Below, in pieces: positions 53,156 to 62,222 of a stretch of 64,000 nt of DNA. The notes under the pieces were generated by a model. That model made no database searches. It saw only the letters and a list, made by a program, of their open reading frames with translations, and was not told where the DNA came from. How positions within the stretch are numbered: the stretch's first letter is position 1; every line of letters starts with the position of its first letter. The stretch lies in IMG/VR virus record IMGVR_UViG_3300044695_006401, one strand, 5' to 3'. The DNA comes from a virus (taxonomy: Duplodnaviria > Caudoviricetes). Both the position numbers and the translations under genes were made by a program.

Positions 53156-53712
53156 TCTTTTATCCAACATAAATTTGTCTCAACCATTATTCCTGTTTTT
53201 TTAGTAACTTCTTGATATAATATATCTTCAATTACTGATTTAATTTCACTATCAATTTCCCACCACAAGTCTTCATTTTCTTCTAAATCTTTTAAATAGT
53301 GGGTTTCGCCATCAGTCATTATTAAAGTTACTTTACCGTCACTTTCAATTGGTCCATTAACAAATATCAAATTATCTTCTTCATAGTCACTATGAAACTG
53401 CGGTTTAAACTTAAAATTATATCCACCCCTAAAATCATAATCCATAGTGTCAAATGTTCTATCCATTAGTTGGTATGACTTTTCTATCATTTTATCCCAA
53501 CCACCAAGAAAATCCCTATACATTTCGTAAATTTCTTTCCTGTCTTGTGGATTATAATTTACGTAGTCAGCAATTTTTGGATCGAAATCTATTGTACCAG
53601 TACTGTCCAATTCGTTTTGCCAAATTTTAAAAAATAACTTTTTAAACTTTTTTTCTTCTTCAGAATAAGATTCTATTAATTTATATTGTGATTCTGTAAT
53701 TATGATTTTCAT
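53152..53712 (-). CDS. Leader-bearing protein
   Basis: MKIIITESQY; TATTTAT upstream. Confidence 0.8.
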   Translation of the reverse strand: MKIIITESQYKLIESYSEEEKKFKKLFFKIWQNELDSTGTIDFDPKIADYVNYNPQDRKEIYEMYRDFLGGWDKMIEKSYQLMDRTFDTMDYDFRGGYNFKFKPQFHSDYEEDNLIFVNGPIESDGKVTLIMTDGETHYLKDLEENEDLWWEIDSEIKSVIEDILYQEVTKKTGIMVETNLCWIKE

Positions 53713-53780
53713 ATAAGATAAATATTTCAAGCATAAAAAAAGTCAGGTCTCCCTGACTTCAATCTATATATAATTAAATA

Positions 53781-54029
53781 CTAAATACCGTAGATCTCTT
53801 TTTTTGACCCAAGTAACTCGGTTGCTTTAGTTACGGCCAAGTCTTTTGTCTTTAATCCTTTCTCGATTACTTTTTTTGCATGTAGTACAACATACTCTGT
53901 TGATTTTACTTCAACTTCAGAAGACCCTGGTCTACGATTTGTTTTTGCTCTCATTGTGTCTTTAGCGTAGATGTCATAAAAACCTACCTTACAGATGTAA
54001 CGACCTTTTTGTCCTGATTTTGTTGCCAT
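53781..54029 (-). CDS. Basic early protein
   Basis: 82 aa; TTTG...TAGATTTG promoter at 54065-54072. Confidence 0.75.
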   Translation of the reverse strand: MATKSGQKGRYICKVGFYDIYAKDTMRAKTNRRPGSSEVEVKSTEYVVLHAKKVIEKGLKTKDLAVTKATELLGSKKEIYGI

Positions 54030-54103
54030 ATTTTTTGTTTATTTTTAAATGATTAATAATAGTACAAATCTAAATAACTTTTTTTGAAATATCAAATTTC
54101 AAA

Positions 54104-54352
54104 TCATTTTTTTCTTCCTTGGCAATGAGCTTTCTGTGAAAAACCTTTTGGGTTATTACAATTGATACTTTTTTTATATTTTTCGGACCATTTTTCTTCA
54201 AGATCATCCTCCCCCATAATTGGAAGGTGTATTCCGATTTTCCCTATTGGTGTTTTCATTTTAGATTTACCTACAAGTTTTTTAGAGTTTCCTTTTTGAA
54301 TAGTCCTCCTTATCACCTCCTCTAATTGATCTTCTGTTATTATTATTTTCAT
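54104..54352 (-). CDS. Leader-bearing peptide with C-terminal KWSxKYK...CxxPKGFSQKAHC micro-domain
   Basis: MKIIITEDQL; LEEKWSEKYKKSINCNNPKGFSQKAHCQGRKK. Confidence 0.8.
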   Translation of the reverse strand: MKIIITEDQLEEVIRRTIQKGNSKKLVGKSKMKTPIGKIGIHLPIMGEDDLEEKWSEKYKKSINCNNPKGFSQKAHCQGRKK

Positions 54353-55377
54353 TTTTTGTCACCTATAATAAAACTCATATCAGTAATAAATGATTCACTC
54401 TTTGCTAAATCCATTACAACATCTTGGGGTAATTGTCTACCTAAACCATTAATCCCGTACTTTCTACCGAAGGCATCTAAAGTTTGGATTGTTCGAGTAG
54501 TGTTGTCGTCACCTATTAGAAAATTTTCATAATCCTTTTTTGTCAGGTCGGGAAAAAGTAACTCACCACTAATTGTCGGGTCTTTAAAAATTTTTGACGA
54601 AAATCTTATTTGCATTGCCCCTTTTGATTTAGGAGCCATAATCATTCCTGCTTGCAAACCAAGTTCAATTAATTTTTCCTTACTAAAATAGAACATTTTA
54701 ATTCTTTGATCTTTCATTGGTATACCAACCAACATTCCGTCGATTTCAGATAATGCATTTATCAATATGTCTTTTGCAATATCTAAAAATATTGGGTCTG
54801 AGCTATCAACTAAAAACCTTAACGGATTATCTTGTTTTATTATTGACTCCAATTCTCTTCTATACTCATCATCTCCTTGGAAATTTTCTAAATAGTATTT
54901 AAAGTTTGTTTTAATTGATTTCAATACTGGTGATTCACTTAATGAATTTAATGTTTTAAGTGATTGTAAACCACCGTCCGTCGTGATGATATCATAAGGT
55001 GATATCTTACTCTCTGATATTTCAGCATCTAAAAGACCCGCAATGAGTCCTTCAAAATCAAATCCACGACTTCTAGAGTTTACAAATCTTCTGTAGTAGT
55101 TATCAAATCTAAATTTATTTCTAAGTGTTACGGTTGATAGGTCTAAAGACATTAAACCTGTAATCTGTCGATTGAAGTTAATGGTACCTCTTGATACTTC
55201 AGCAGTAATAATATTAGATATAGCCTCTTTTGCTGCAAACATATCCAATGGTATTAATCTAATTTTTTGTAACTCACGAGCCATTAATCTTTCCAATTCT
55301 TTATCGGACATCTCATTTAAGATTGATTCAGCAATCATTAATTTTTTTTCGGCGTTATCAAAATGGTAATTACTCAT
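54349..55377 (-). CDS. Putative PD-(D/E)xK nuclease
   Basis: RGFDFEGLIAGLL...SPYDII...QSLKT. Confidence 0.55.
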   Translation of the reverse strand: MSNYHFDNAEKKLMIAESILNEMSDKELERLMARELQKIRLIPLDMFAAKEAISNIITAEVSRGTINFNRQITGLMSLDLSTVTLRNKFRFDNYYRRFVNSRSRGFDFEGLIAGLLDAEISESKISPYDIITTDGGLQSLKTLNSLSESPVLKSIKTNFKYYLENFQGDDEYRRELESIIKQDNPLRFLVDSSDPIFLDIAKDILINALSEIDGMLVGIPMKDQRIKMFYFSKEKLIELGLQAGMIMAPKSKGAMQIRFSSKIFKDPTISGELLFPDLTKKDYENFLIGDDNTTRTIQTLDAFGRKYGINGLGRQLPQDVVMDLAKSESFITDMSFIIGDKK

Positions 55378-55383
55378 ATAATA

Positions 55384-56508
55384 TTAAATATAATCATTAA
55401 ACATTTCGTTTATATTTTTTGTTGTTCTTGACCAATCAGGATATTCAGGTACTCTAAAATTAATACATTCAACTTCATCGTTATTAATCATTCCAACAAG
55501 TAGTTCGATAAAATCACCGTAATACTCTAAATGGGAATCATTATATACCTGACCTTTGGTGTTTTCTAAAAATGTTTTAATTATTGATTGAAAATCTCTA
55601 ATTTTAATGTATTGGTCATATCTAGTTACTTTAGAACCATCAGTTTTAGTTACCTCTCTCGGAACATCGGTAATTCTACCTTCAAAATACTCCTCTAAAC
55701 CCCCAAAAACATAATCATATACCTCATCTTCGTAAGCACCATTTTCAGCCCAATGATATACACTTATTAGATTAGAACCTAACTCGTCTAAATCATTTTT
55801 ACATAATTCATTAATAGCATCTTGGTCTTTAAGTAATTCAGTAATGTCTTCTGCAGTTATTCTAAAATAACCTTCAGTTCCTTGTTCTTCAGATAGACTC
55901 TCAAAAAAATCGGAGTTGTAATCTTCTAAGGATAATTCCTTATTTCCTATTTCTTTGAATATAATGTCTTTTAATGCGGTAAAATTCGTTTCATCTAATT
56001 CATCTATGGTGTCAAATGGTTTTCTATTATAATCAAAATACCATTCATGTCCCAAACCATCTTCACTTAAAACCATTTTTGCAACATATCTGGCCCCACC
56101 ATCACGATTTGACCCACAAAAAAGATTAGATAAATCCTCTTTATCTTTTAAATATAAATAAAAACCATCCTGTCTTTTATCTACATCAGTAATGAGATTA
56201 TTTGTAATATACTCCATAACCCATTCATAGTTATTCTCTAATTCATATAATAGAAAATAATTTTTTAATTCTTCAGGTAAGTAATTGTAATCTGAATTTG
56301 ATATAAGGTCATTTTCAACAACAAACTCCCACAATTCTTCATCAAAATCACGAGATGGTATATTACCCAATTCAATTTCATCTAATAGGTCATATTTTTT
56401 AAGATACCTAAAAAAAGTTATTAAATCATTAAAATATGGTTCAATATCGTCTAAATAATCCCCATTATTAAATTTAATTACTAAATCATTTGCAACTTGT
56501 AAGCTCAT
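55384..56508 (-). CDS. Large acidic hypothetical protein
   Basis: 374 aa ORF. Confidence 0.75.
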   Translation of the reverse strand: MSLQVANDLVIKFNNGDYLDDIEPYFNDLITFFRYLKKYDLLDEIELGNIPSRDFDEELWEFVVENDLISNSDYNYLPEELKNYFLLYELENNYEWVMEYITNNLITDVDKRQDGFYLYLKDKEDLSNLFCGSNRDGGARYVAKMVLSEDGLGHEWYFDYNRKPFDTIDELDETNFTALKDIIFKEIGNKELSLEDYNSDFFESLSEEQGTEGYFRITAEDITELLKDQDAINELCKNDLDELGSNLISVYHWAENGAYEDEVYDYVFGGLEEYFEGRITDVPREVTKTDGSKVTRYDQYIKIRDFQSIIKTFLENTKGQVYNDSHLEYYGDFIELLVGMINNDEVECINFRVPEYPDWSRTTKNINEMFNDYI

Positions 56509-56510
56509 AA

Positions 56511-57437
56511 TTAAAACTGAATTGGTCCCTCTTCAAATTGAATTGTGTTGTTATCTAAGATTGTATATTTACCAATCTTATTTCTAAATATATAAATATC
56601 GTCCTTACCACTAGAAACGAAAACAAAATAGTTAACAGGTTTTTTATCTAAGTTTTTTATATTATAACTGGTTATTTTATAAAATTTACCAACTCTTTCT
56701 AATGAAGATAAAGGTTTAACTTGAAATTTAGCTTTCTCATTTGTCCCTTCTTTTTCCATAACAAAATCAATTCCTTCCCTATCAGATTTTGATCCAGGAA
56801 CCGATCTACCTTTTAACTTCCAACCTGGTAAGTTTTCAAGTATTTTCAAAAGGTATTCATAAGCCTTTCTTTCATTTAGTTCCCCTTGATATAGTGATTC
56901 AGTATTTTGTTTGATAAGTTTGCTTAAAATAGGTCCGTCTTTAAATATTTTATTTCTACTTACTGACATCCACTTTATAAAATCATCCATAGTTTTTACA
57001 CTATTAATTATGTTTCCTGTTTCCGTTTTATATTGATTGATTAATGTTTTTCTAACCTGTGGATTTGTGTCAAAGTAATTTAATATTGACCAATCACCAC
57101 CTTCAGGGTCATAATCATTTAAACCTTTTTCTTTTAATAAATCATAAACAGTATGAATACCAACTACCCCACCACCTCCGCGAGGTCCTCTACTTTTGTC
57201 TGAATCCCAATTAGATTTATATAAGTCTTTTAATATAAAATAAACTTTTTCTTTAAACTTTTTAATGAACTCGTCTGAGTCTGTTGATATTTGGGGTGAG
57301 TTGTCTTTTTCATCAGGTTTTGGTGTCTCTTCTTCCTGATCAGCAGGTGTCTCGTCAAAATTTAATGACAATTGATCACTTTCAACCAATGACATCAACT
57401 CCTTAATTCTTAATATATCTTCGTTCAACTTTTTCAT
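56511..57437 (-). CDS. Leader-bearing putative PD-(D/E)xK nuclease
   Basis: MKKLNEDILRIKELMSLVES; GELNE...DREGIDFVM...FQVKP. Confidence 0.6.
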   Translation of the reverse strand: MKKLNEDILRIKELMSLVESDQLSLNFDETPADQEEETPKPDEKDNSPQISTDSDEFIKKFKEKVYFILKDLYKSNWDSDKSRGPRGGGGVVGIHTVYDLLKEKGLNDYDPEGGDWSILNYFDTNPQVRKTLINQYKTETGNIINSVKTMDDFIKWMSVSRNKIFKDGPILSKLIKQNTESLYQGELNERKAYEYLLKILENLPGWKLKGRSVPGSKSDREGIDFVMEKEGTNEKAKFQVKPLSSLERVGKFYKITSYNIKNLDKKPVNYFVFVSSGKDDIYIFRNKIGKYTILDNNTIQFEEGPIQF

Positions 57438-58180
57438 TACACTAATCTTATTTCACCACCTTCTTCAAAAATATCTTCTTCAAAATAATAAGTATGGTTT
57501 AATATAACTTTCTTATCATCACAATCAATTAATATTGTTCCATCAGACCCTTCGTTATTTTCCCAACCTGAATAAAATAAATCAATTACCTCATAACCTA
57601 ATGTTTCAACACTATTAGAATAATGCGTATCATCTATTTGACCGCTATCACCATAACCATTATATATCATTTCAAATTTAGTTGTCCCTCCGTTTTGTTC
57701 TACTAATTGTTTAACAAAATTATCATCGTTTAATTTTTTATATAGAGGGTCACCAGTGTTATACCAACTATCCATTCTAGATAATTCTTCAAATGATTTT
57801 ATTTGTTGGTGATCATGTGATTCTTTTTCTGTATAATAAAAGTTATAGTCAAGTGAAGAATTTGTAGGATTATAATGCACATGCATACTACCTCGTTCAT
57901 TACATAAATCACAACTTGTTAAATCATACATATGGTCTTCATAATGACTTGTAATTAAATCTACTTTATCTGTAAAAAATTCAATAATGTGATTTTTTAA
58001 ATCTATTTGACCATCGTATTGGTAACCCACATATGGTCCGTAGGAATCATAAAACCCACCATCATTACCATCGTAATAATACTCCCAATGTATTTTATTT
58101 TCGTCCATAATTGCACGAAGATAGAGGTTGAACTTTACAAGTTCTTTCTTCATTTCAGGAGATATTTTAATTTCGGTCAT
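57437..58180 (-). CDS. DUF6878-like domain protein
   Basis: YNGYGDSGQI...GWENNEGSDGTI.ID. Confidence 0.65.
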   Translation of the reverse strand: MTEIKISPEMKKELVKFNLYLRAIMDENKIHWEYYYDGNDGGFYDSYGPYVGYQYDGQIDLKNHIIEFFTDKVDLITSHYEDHMYDLTSCDLCNERGSMHVHYNPTNSSLDYNFYYTEKESHDHQQIKSFEELSRMDSWYNTGDPLYKKLNDDNFVKQLVEQNGGTTKFEMIYNGYGDSGQIDDTHYSNSVETLGYEVIDLFYSGWENNEGSDGTILIDCDDKKVILNHTYYFEEDIFEEGGEIRLV

Positions 58181-58181
58181 T

Positions 58182-58874
58182 TTAAAAATTCATTACTTTT
58201 ATTTCTTCATTTGTTCTTGTTGTGTCATATTCAGTTACAGAACAATGTATGGTTTCATTTTCATAATCTATTTCAAAAAAACCAGTAGATCCAGAATCGA
58301 TTTCCCACCCCCTATAATCTTCATTTAAAACTGAATATAACATTTCAGTGATAAATGAAGGTATTGGTTCAGCCGTATTCGCATCTTCTTCTTCAATATA
58401 TCCACTATCACCACCACCGTCAAAGTTTATACTGTGATCAATACCCTGTTCTTTATAATTTTGGATAGTCTCGAGTTCTTGTTCATTTAACTCACCAAAT
58501 TCTTTAAATCCATAGGTTGAGGTATGATTTTCTGATATGTCAACTTCAAAATCAAAATTTATTGAGAATGTTTTTTGTTTTGGGTTTATTTCAAAAATAA
58601 CATATCCTCTACAATATTCTTCAGAACAATAATCATATATCATATTATTGTTTTCGATTTCCCGTAAAAAGTTATCGAGTAGTGCTTCCATGAAGAAGTC
58701 TATTTCAATATTACCACTGGCACTATTTGATGAAAAATATTTATTATGATGTAATGAATCGGATAGTGACGCGTCATCAAACCACAGATTAAGTTCCCAT
58801 GGGTCGTCGGATAATGATTCTAATAATAAAGAAAATCTTCTAAGTCCTTTTTTTTCTGATTCAGTCAGTTCCAT
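58182..58874 (-). CDS. DUF6878-like domain protein, paralog of 57437-58180
   Basis: Start MELTESEKK after TATTTAT; FDGGGDSGYI...GWEIDSGSTG. Confidence 0.65.
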   Translation of the reverse strand: MELTESEKKGLRRFSLLLESLSDDPWELNLWFDDASLSDSLHHNKYFSSNSASGNIEIDFFMEALLDNFLREIENNNMIYDYCSEEYCRGYVIFEINPKQKTFSINFDFEVDISENHTSTYGFKEFGELNEQELETIQNYKEQGIDHSINFDGGGDSGYIEEEDANTAEPIPSFITEMLYSVLNEDYRGWEIDSGSTGFFEIDYENETIHCSVTEYDTTRTNEEIKVMNF

Positions 58875-58887
58875 AATAATAAATACT

Positions 58888-59241
58888 TCAATCTTCAAAC
58901 TCTAACTTCTGAGTTCGTGTTGCCCATGTGGGTCTTTGTTTATTTTCTACAATTGTAAACCATTCTTTTGCAGTTGGTATGTATCCATCACAATCTTCTC
59001 TGACATGTTGTTCCCCGACATAACGAGTATAAACGGTTTTACCGTCACTATTTTTAAACTCAGGTCCAAACCTTTGCTCCATCTCAAATATCCCTTCTGA
59101 ATGGTGTCTAAACATCCTGTGGAATGAATGACCATACCATCCTTTGGTTTCATCTAACCAATTATGAAGATGTATATAATCTTCCCACTTTCCGCCAAAC
59201 TTCTTTGCGGAACTTTTTGCATGTAAAATTGGGTGTGCCAT
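58888..59241 (-). CDS. DUF6915-like His-rich protein
   Basis: MAHP..HA.SS.KKFGG..EDY..LH.W.DETK...HR..RHH.EGIF...GEQHV.EDC..IPT..EW. Confidence 0.8.
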   Translation of the reverse strand: MAHPILHAKSSAKKFGGKWEDYIHLHNWLDETKGWYGHSFHRMFRHHSEGIFEMEQRFGPEFKNSDGKTVYTRYVGEQHVREDCDGYIPTAKEWFTIVENKQRPTWATRTQKLEFED

Positions 59242-59242
59242 A

Positions 59243-59605
59243 TTATTCTAATGTTGGAAAATAATCAATCATTTCTTGTAGGGTAAAAGATACTGATACA
59301 TTACCTTCAATTAATGTTTGAAGTAAATCTCTTGTTAATTTATTGTGATATATTTCTGAAAATAGTGCTGTTAAGTCCGATACATAATCTTTGTGGTGAT
59401 ATTCAATACCAGTAATTTCTCTAATGTTACCCCATATTAAATCTACCGAGCAACCTTTAAATTTACCCAAAGCTATAACATTAGGGTTTTTTTCACAAAG
59501 CGTTCCTTCATTACCATCTTCAAAAAGAATAATTTTCTTTTTTGGTAAGTAAGTTACCATATAATAGTTTTTTATGAAATCTCTTACAACGACATCTATT
59601 CCCAT
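59243..59605 (-). CDS. Hypothetical protein
   Basis: 120 aa ORF. Confidence 0.7.
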   Translation of the reverse strand: MGIDVVVRDFIKNYYMVTYLPKKKIILFEDGNEGTLCEKNPNVIALGKFKGCSVDLIWGNIREITGIEYHHKDYVSDLTALFSEIYHNKLTRDLLQTLIEGNVSVSFTLQEMIDYFPTLE

Positions 59606-59625
59606 GACATATAAAATTTAGTCAA

Positions 59626-59641
59626 TATTTATTAATAAATA
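59626..59641. promoter_or_regulatory. Palindromic TATTTAT motif between divergent genes
   Basis: TATTTATTAATAAATA is a perfect 16-bp palindrome. Confidence 0.6.
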
Positions 59642-59660
59642 AACTAAAAAACATTATCAA

Positions 59661-60260
59661 ATGGGTTACACAAGAGAACAGGTCGAGGCTGCCGTTAAAG
59701 CCAAAGGTTATGTCTACTTTGAAGACACAAACAATAAAGGGTATGATGTAAACATCATTGGCATTAGAAACTCTGCAACAGGTCAGAAAGTTACTAATGC
59801 GTTTGATGATTTATTAACTATTTCATACAAAGACGAAACAGGTACTTGGAAATACCACGAATGGCCGGCAACAACTGATCCTGGTAAAAAAGGAGTTATG
59901 GAATATCACAATGCCGCAGGTGTTGCTCGTCTTGTTGAGGGTCAGTACAGAGGTTCACACGGTATCGGTCTTCACCAAGGTAAGTACGAAGCACTTAAAC
60001 AAGCAAAAAATGTTAAGGTTTATCGTGACCCAAATCGTGATTTAACTTATGACGAAACAAAAATCGCTGAAGGTGTATTTGGTATCAACATTCACAAAGC
60101 AGGTGCAGATTCAACTTATGTTGAGAATTGGTCTGAAGGATGTCAGGTATTTAAAAAATCAGCCGACTTTGATTCTTTTATGAAAATTTGTAGAATGTCT
60201 CGTGACAAACACGGGAACTCTTTTACTTATACTCTGATTGAAAGTTCAGACATTAAATAA
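59661..60260 (+). CDS. Putative L,D-peptidase (YkuD-like) wall enzyme or endolysin
   Basis: TTDPG...GINIHKAG...NWSEGCQVF (H...S-x-G-C). Confidence 0.6.
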   Translation: MGYTREQVEAAVKAKGYVYFEDTNNKGYDVNIIGIRNSATGQKVTNAFDDLLTISYKDETGTWKYHEWPATTDPGKKGVMEYHNAAGVARLVEGQYRGSHGIGLHQGKYEALKQAKNVKVYRDPNRDLTYDETKIAEGVFGINIHKAGADSTYVENWSEGCQVFKKSADFDSFMKICRMSRDKHGNSFTYTLIESSDIK

Positions 60261-60287
60261 AAAAAGGGGAATTATTTCCCCTTTTTT
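60260..60287. terminator. Bidirectional terminator
   Basis: AAAAAAGGGGAA-TTAT-TTCCCCTTTTTT. Confidence 0.85.
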
Positions 60288-60382
60288 CTTTTCTTAAAAT
60301 ATCTGTAAATTAAATAACCACCCAAAATTAGTATGGTAATCATTAGACCTGTTATATGTACAATTTCTTCGACTGTGATCAT
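60272..60382 (-). CDS. 36 aa single-TM peptide with basic tail
   Basis: MITVEEIVHITGLMITILILGGYLIYRYFKKRKKGK; ATGA overlap. Confidence 0.55.
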   Translation of the reverse strand: MITVEEIVHITGLMITILILGGYLIYRYFKKRKKGK

Positions 60383-60690
60383 TCGTTTTCTATAATTATT
60401 ACTTTACCGTCCTCCACCTGAACAAGAACGAAACCATCATCATCCCCCAACTTTTGTGCCATACTTTCTTCTATAGTAATTTCTTCAGGACCCATCACAA
60501 CTTTATTTGCTTTAGTCATGGATAGTTTTGGGGTCTGTATCAAACTAATTTGTTCATCATTTTGACACTCAACGACGGTAGGGAATTGATCAGCAACTGT
60601 GACAATAACCTTATCACCTATCTTCAGTTCTTCAATTTTTGTAAGATATAGTTCTCCTTTGACTTGGAATAGTTTAAATGTTTCTTTCAT
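60379..60690 (-). CDS. Hypothetical protein
   Basis: 103 aa coupled ORF. Confidence 0.7.
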   Translation of the reverse strand: MKETFKLFQVKGELYLTKIEELKIGDKVIVTVADQFPTVVECQNDEQISLIQTPKLSMTKANKVVMGPEEITIEESMAQKLGDDDGFVLVQVEDGKVIIIENE

Positions 60691-60992
60691 TATTTTTTTA
60701 TGTAAATGTGTTTATGATTAAAATTTCCACATTGTTCGCAATTTTTAAATTCTTGTGAGTTTTCAACATCGTATTCAAACTCATCACAACTGTTAATAAC
60801 CATCATTGCAATTTCAGTCCAATCACTCATGCTCAAATTGTTTTTTAATGATTTTAATTTATCAATTAATTGATCCTGTAAATCACTAATTATCTCAGGA
60901 TTTCTGTTATCATACTCATGTATAAATAATGACTCATCGTCAATTTCAACATCAGGACCAAAACAATTTTCACTTAATATTATTTTCATCAC
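60690..60992 (-). CDS. Hypothetical protein with C-terminal CxxC
   Basis: CEQCG; coupled ORF. Confidence 0.7.
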   Translation of the reverse strand: MMKIILSENCFGPDVEIDDESLFIHEYDNRNPEIISDLQDQLIDKLKSLKNNLSMSDWTEIAMMVINSCDEFEYDVENSQEFKNCEQCGNFNHKHIYIKK

Positions 60993-61303
60993 AATCTTAA
61001 ATCGTTTTTTGCATTCATAGTAATAATATAGTTCATTAAATTTTTAACTAAAGAATCCGCGTCAACATTTTGATACAAATCGGGGTACCTATCTTTGAGT
61101 ATTTTATTTTCTTCATATTCATTACAACTTGAAAGTATATCTGAAACTATGGTTCTTAAAATATGTTCTTTATTATAAGTGTCTTGTGTTTGTCTTTCAA
61201 AAACCTTACCTTCTAATTCACGACAATATTCAACCAACTCCTGAACTTCAACCTCATATAATAATTTTTTATTACTTTGAAATAGTTGGTTTATATTTTT
61301 CAC
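60989..61303 (-). CDS. Hypothetical protein
   Basis: 104 aa coupled ORF. Confidence 0.7.
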   Translation of the reverse strand: MKNINQLFQSNKKLLYEVEVQELVEYCRELEGKVFERQTQDTYNKEHILRTIVSDILSSCNEYEENKILKDRYPDLYQNVDADSLVKNLMNYIITMNAKNDLRL

Positions 61304-61583
61304 TTTTAATTAGTTTTTCAAATAATTTTTTAAATTTATTTGTTTTAGGTTGTTTTTTTTCAACTTTTGGGAATCTTCCGTGATTACCCATACTGTCGTA
61401 ATCGGCACATTTTGCGTAAGACATAGGTGATGGTAAATCACTATAATGACACCATTCGGTATTGTCTTTATTATCTAATATCCCCATAATTTCTCTTGTT
61501 AATGAACCTGCAGTTTTAGTACCATCATTGTTCCACACAATAATTAAGTATTCAATCTCATTATACAGTTCTTTTTGTGTCAT
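61272..61583 (-). CDS. Hypothetical protein
   Basis: 103 aa ORF. Confidence 0.6.
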   Translation of the reverse strand: MTQKELYNEIEYLIIVWNNDGTKTAGSLTREIMGILDNKDNTEWCHYSDLPSPMSYAKCADYDSMGNHGRFPKVEKKQPKTNKFKKLFEKLIKSEKYKPTISK

Positions 61584-62175
61584 CCTTTAAAAACTTTAAT
61601 ATTTTTTCTTTAACTCCCGATTGTTTGATACCTTCTCTTGATCTTGGTGTTAATACGAAATTAGTTAGTCCAGGATTTTTATCCTCATCTTCACTATGTG
61701 AGAAGTACTTGGATAAAAACTCAGGACTCATATCCAAATCATCAACCGCAACCCAATGAGTAACCTCAGGATGATTTTCTAACCAATGTCCTATCTCCAT
61801 ACTTCTTTCCAATTCTAATTCAGCACGAAATCTAAATGCATTCCATTCTTTTGGAAATATGTCTTTGAATATATCAGTAACCGCGATTGGTTTTTTGATT
61901 ATACCTTGGCTCTCGTAGTACTCACCAAGTTCTTCCAAGTTCGCATATAGTCTCCAATCAGAACTTACAACGATCTCAGCACCTGTTTCTTCAAGTATCT
62001 CATTTAACACCTTAACAGCCTTATCATCGAAGTCATCAAATCTACACAGAACTGGTCTATCAGTGAATTCAACATCAGGGTTATCTCTTTTAAAATTAGC
62101 CCATTTTTTTGCTCGTTCACCCCAGTTGTTGGATAAACAAATTACTCCGTCGTTATCTAAAAATATTATTTTCAT
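61561..62175 (-). CDS. HAD-superfamily protein (phage RNA-repair-associated HAD type)
   Basis: MKIIFLDNDGVI, IVVSSDWR, WVAVDD; TATATTTG at 62180-62187. Confidence 0.85.
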   Translation of the reverse strand: MKIIFLDNDGVICLSNNWGERAKKWANFKRDNPDVEFTDRPVLCRFDDFDDKAVKVLNEILEETGAEIVVSSDWRLYANLEELGEYYESQGIIKKPIAVTDIFKDIFPKEWNAFRFRAELELERSMEIGHWLENHPEVTHWVAVDDLDMSPEFLSKYFSHSEDEDKNPGLTNFVLTPRSREGIKQSGVKEKILKFLKDDTKRTV

Positions 62176-62222
62176 AATACAAATATAGATAAAATAAAAA
62201 CAATAGAAAAGTTTTGGTGGTA

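Noticed and set aside
60272-60382. Single-TM peptide as holin for the adjacent wall enzyme
   Set aside because: Opposite strand and a different operon; no holin-specific evidence
61561-62175. MKIIF start of the HAD protein as a family A leader
   Set aside because: It is the HAD motif I strand (MKIIFLDxDG); gene has a host-type early promoter
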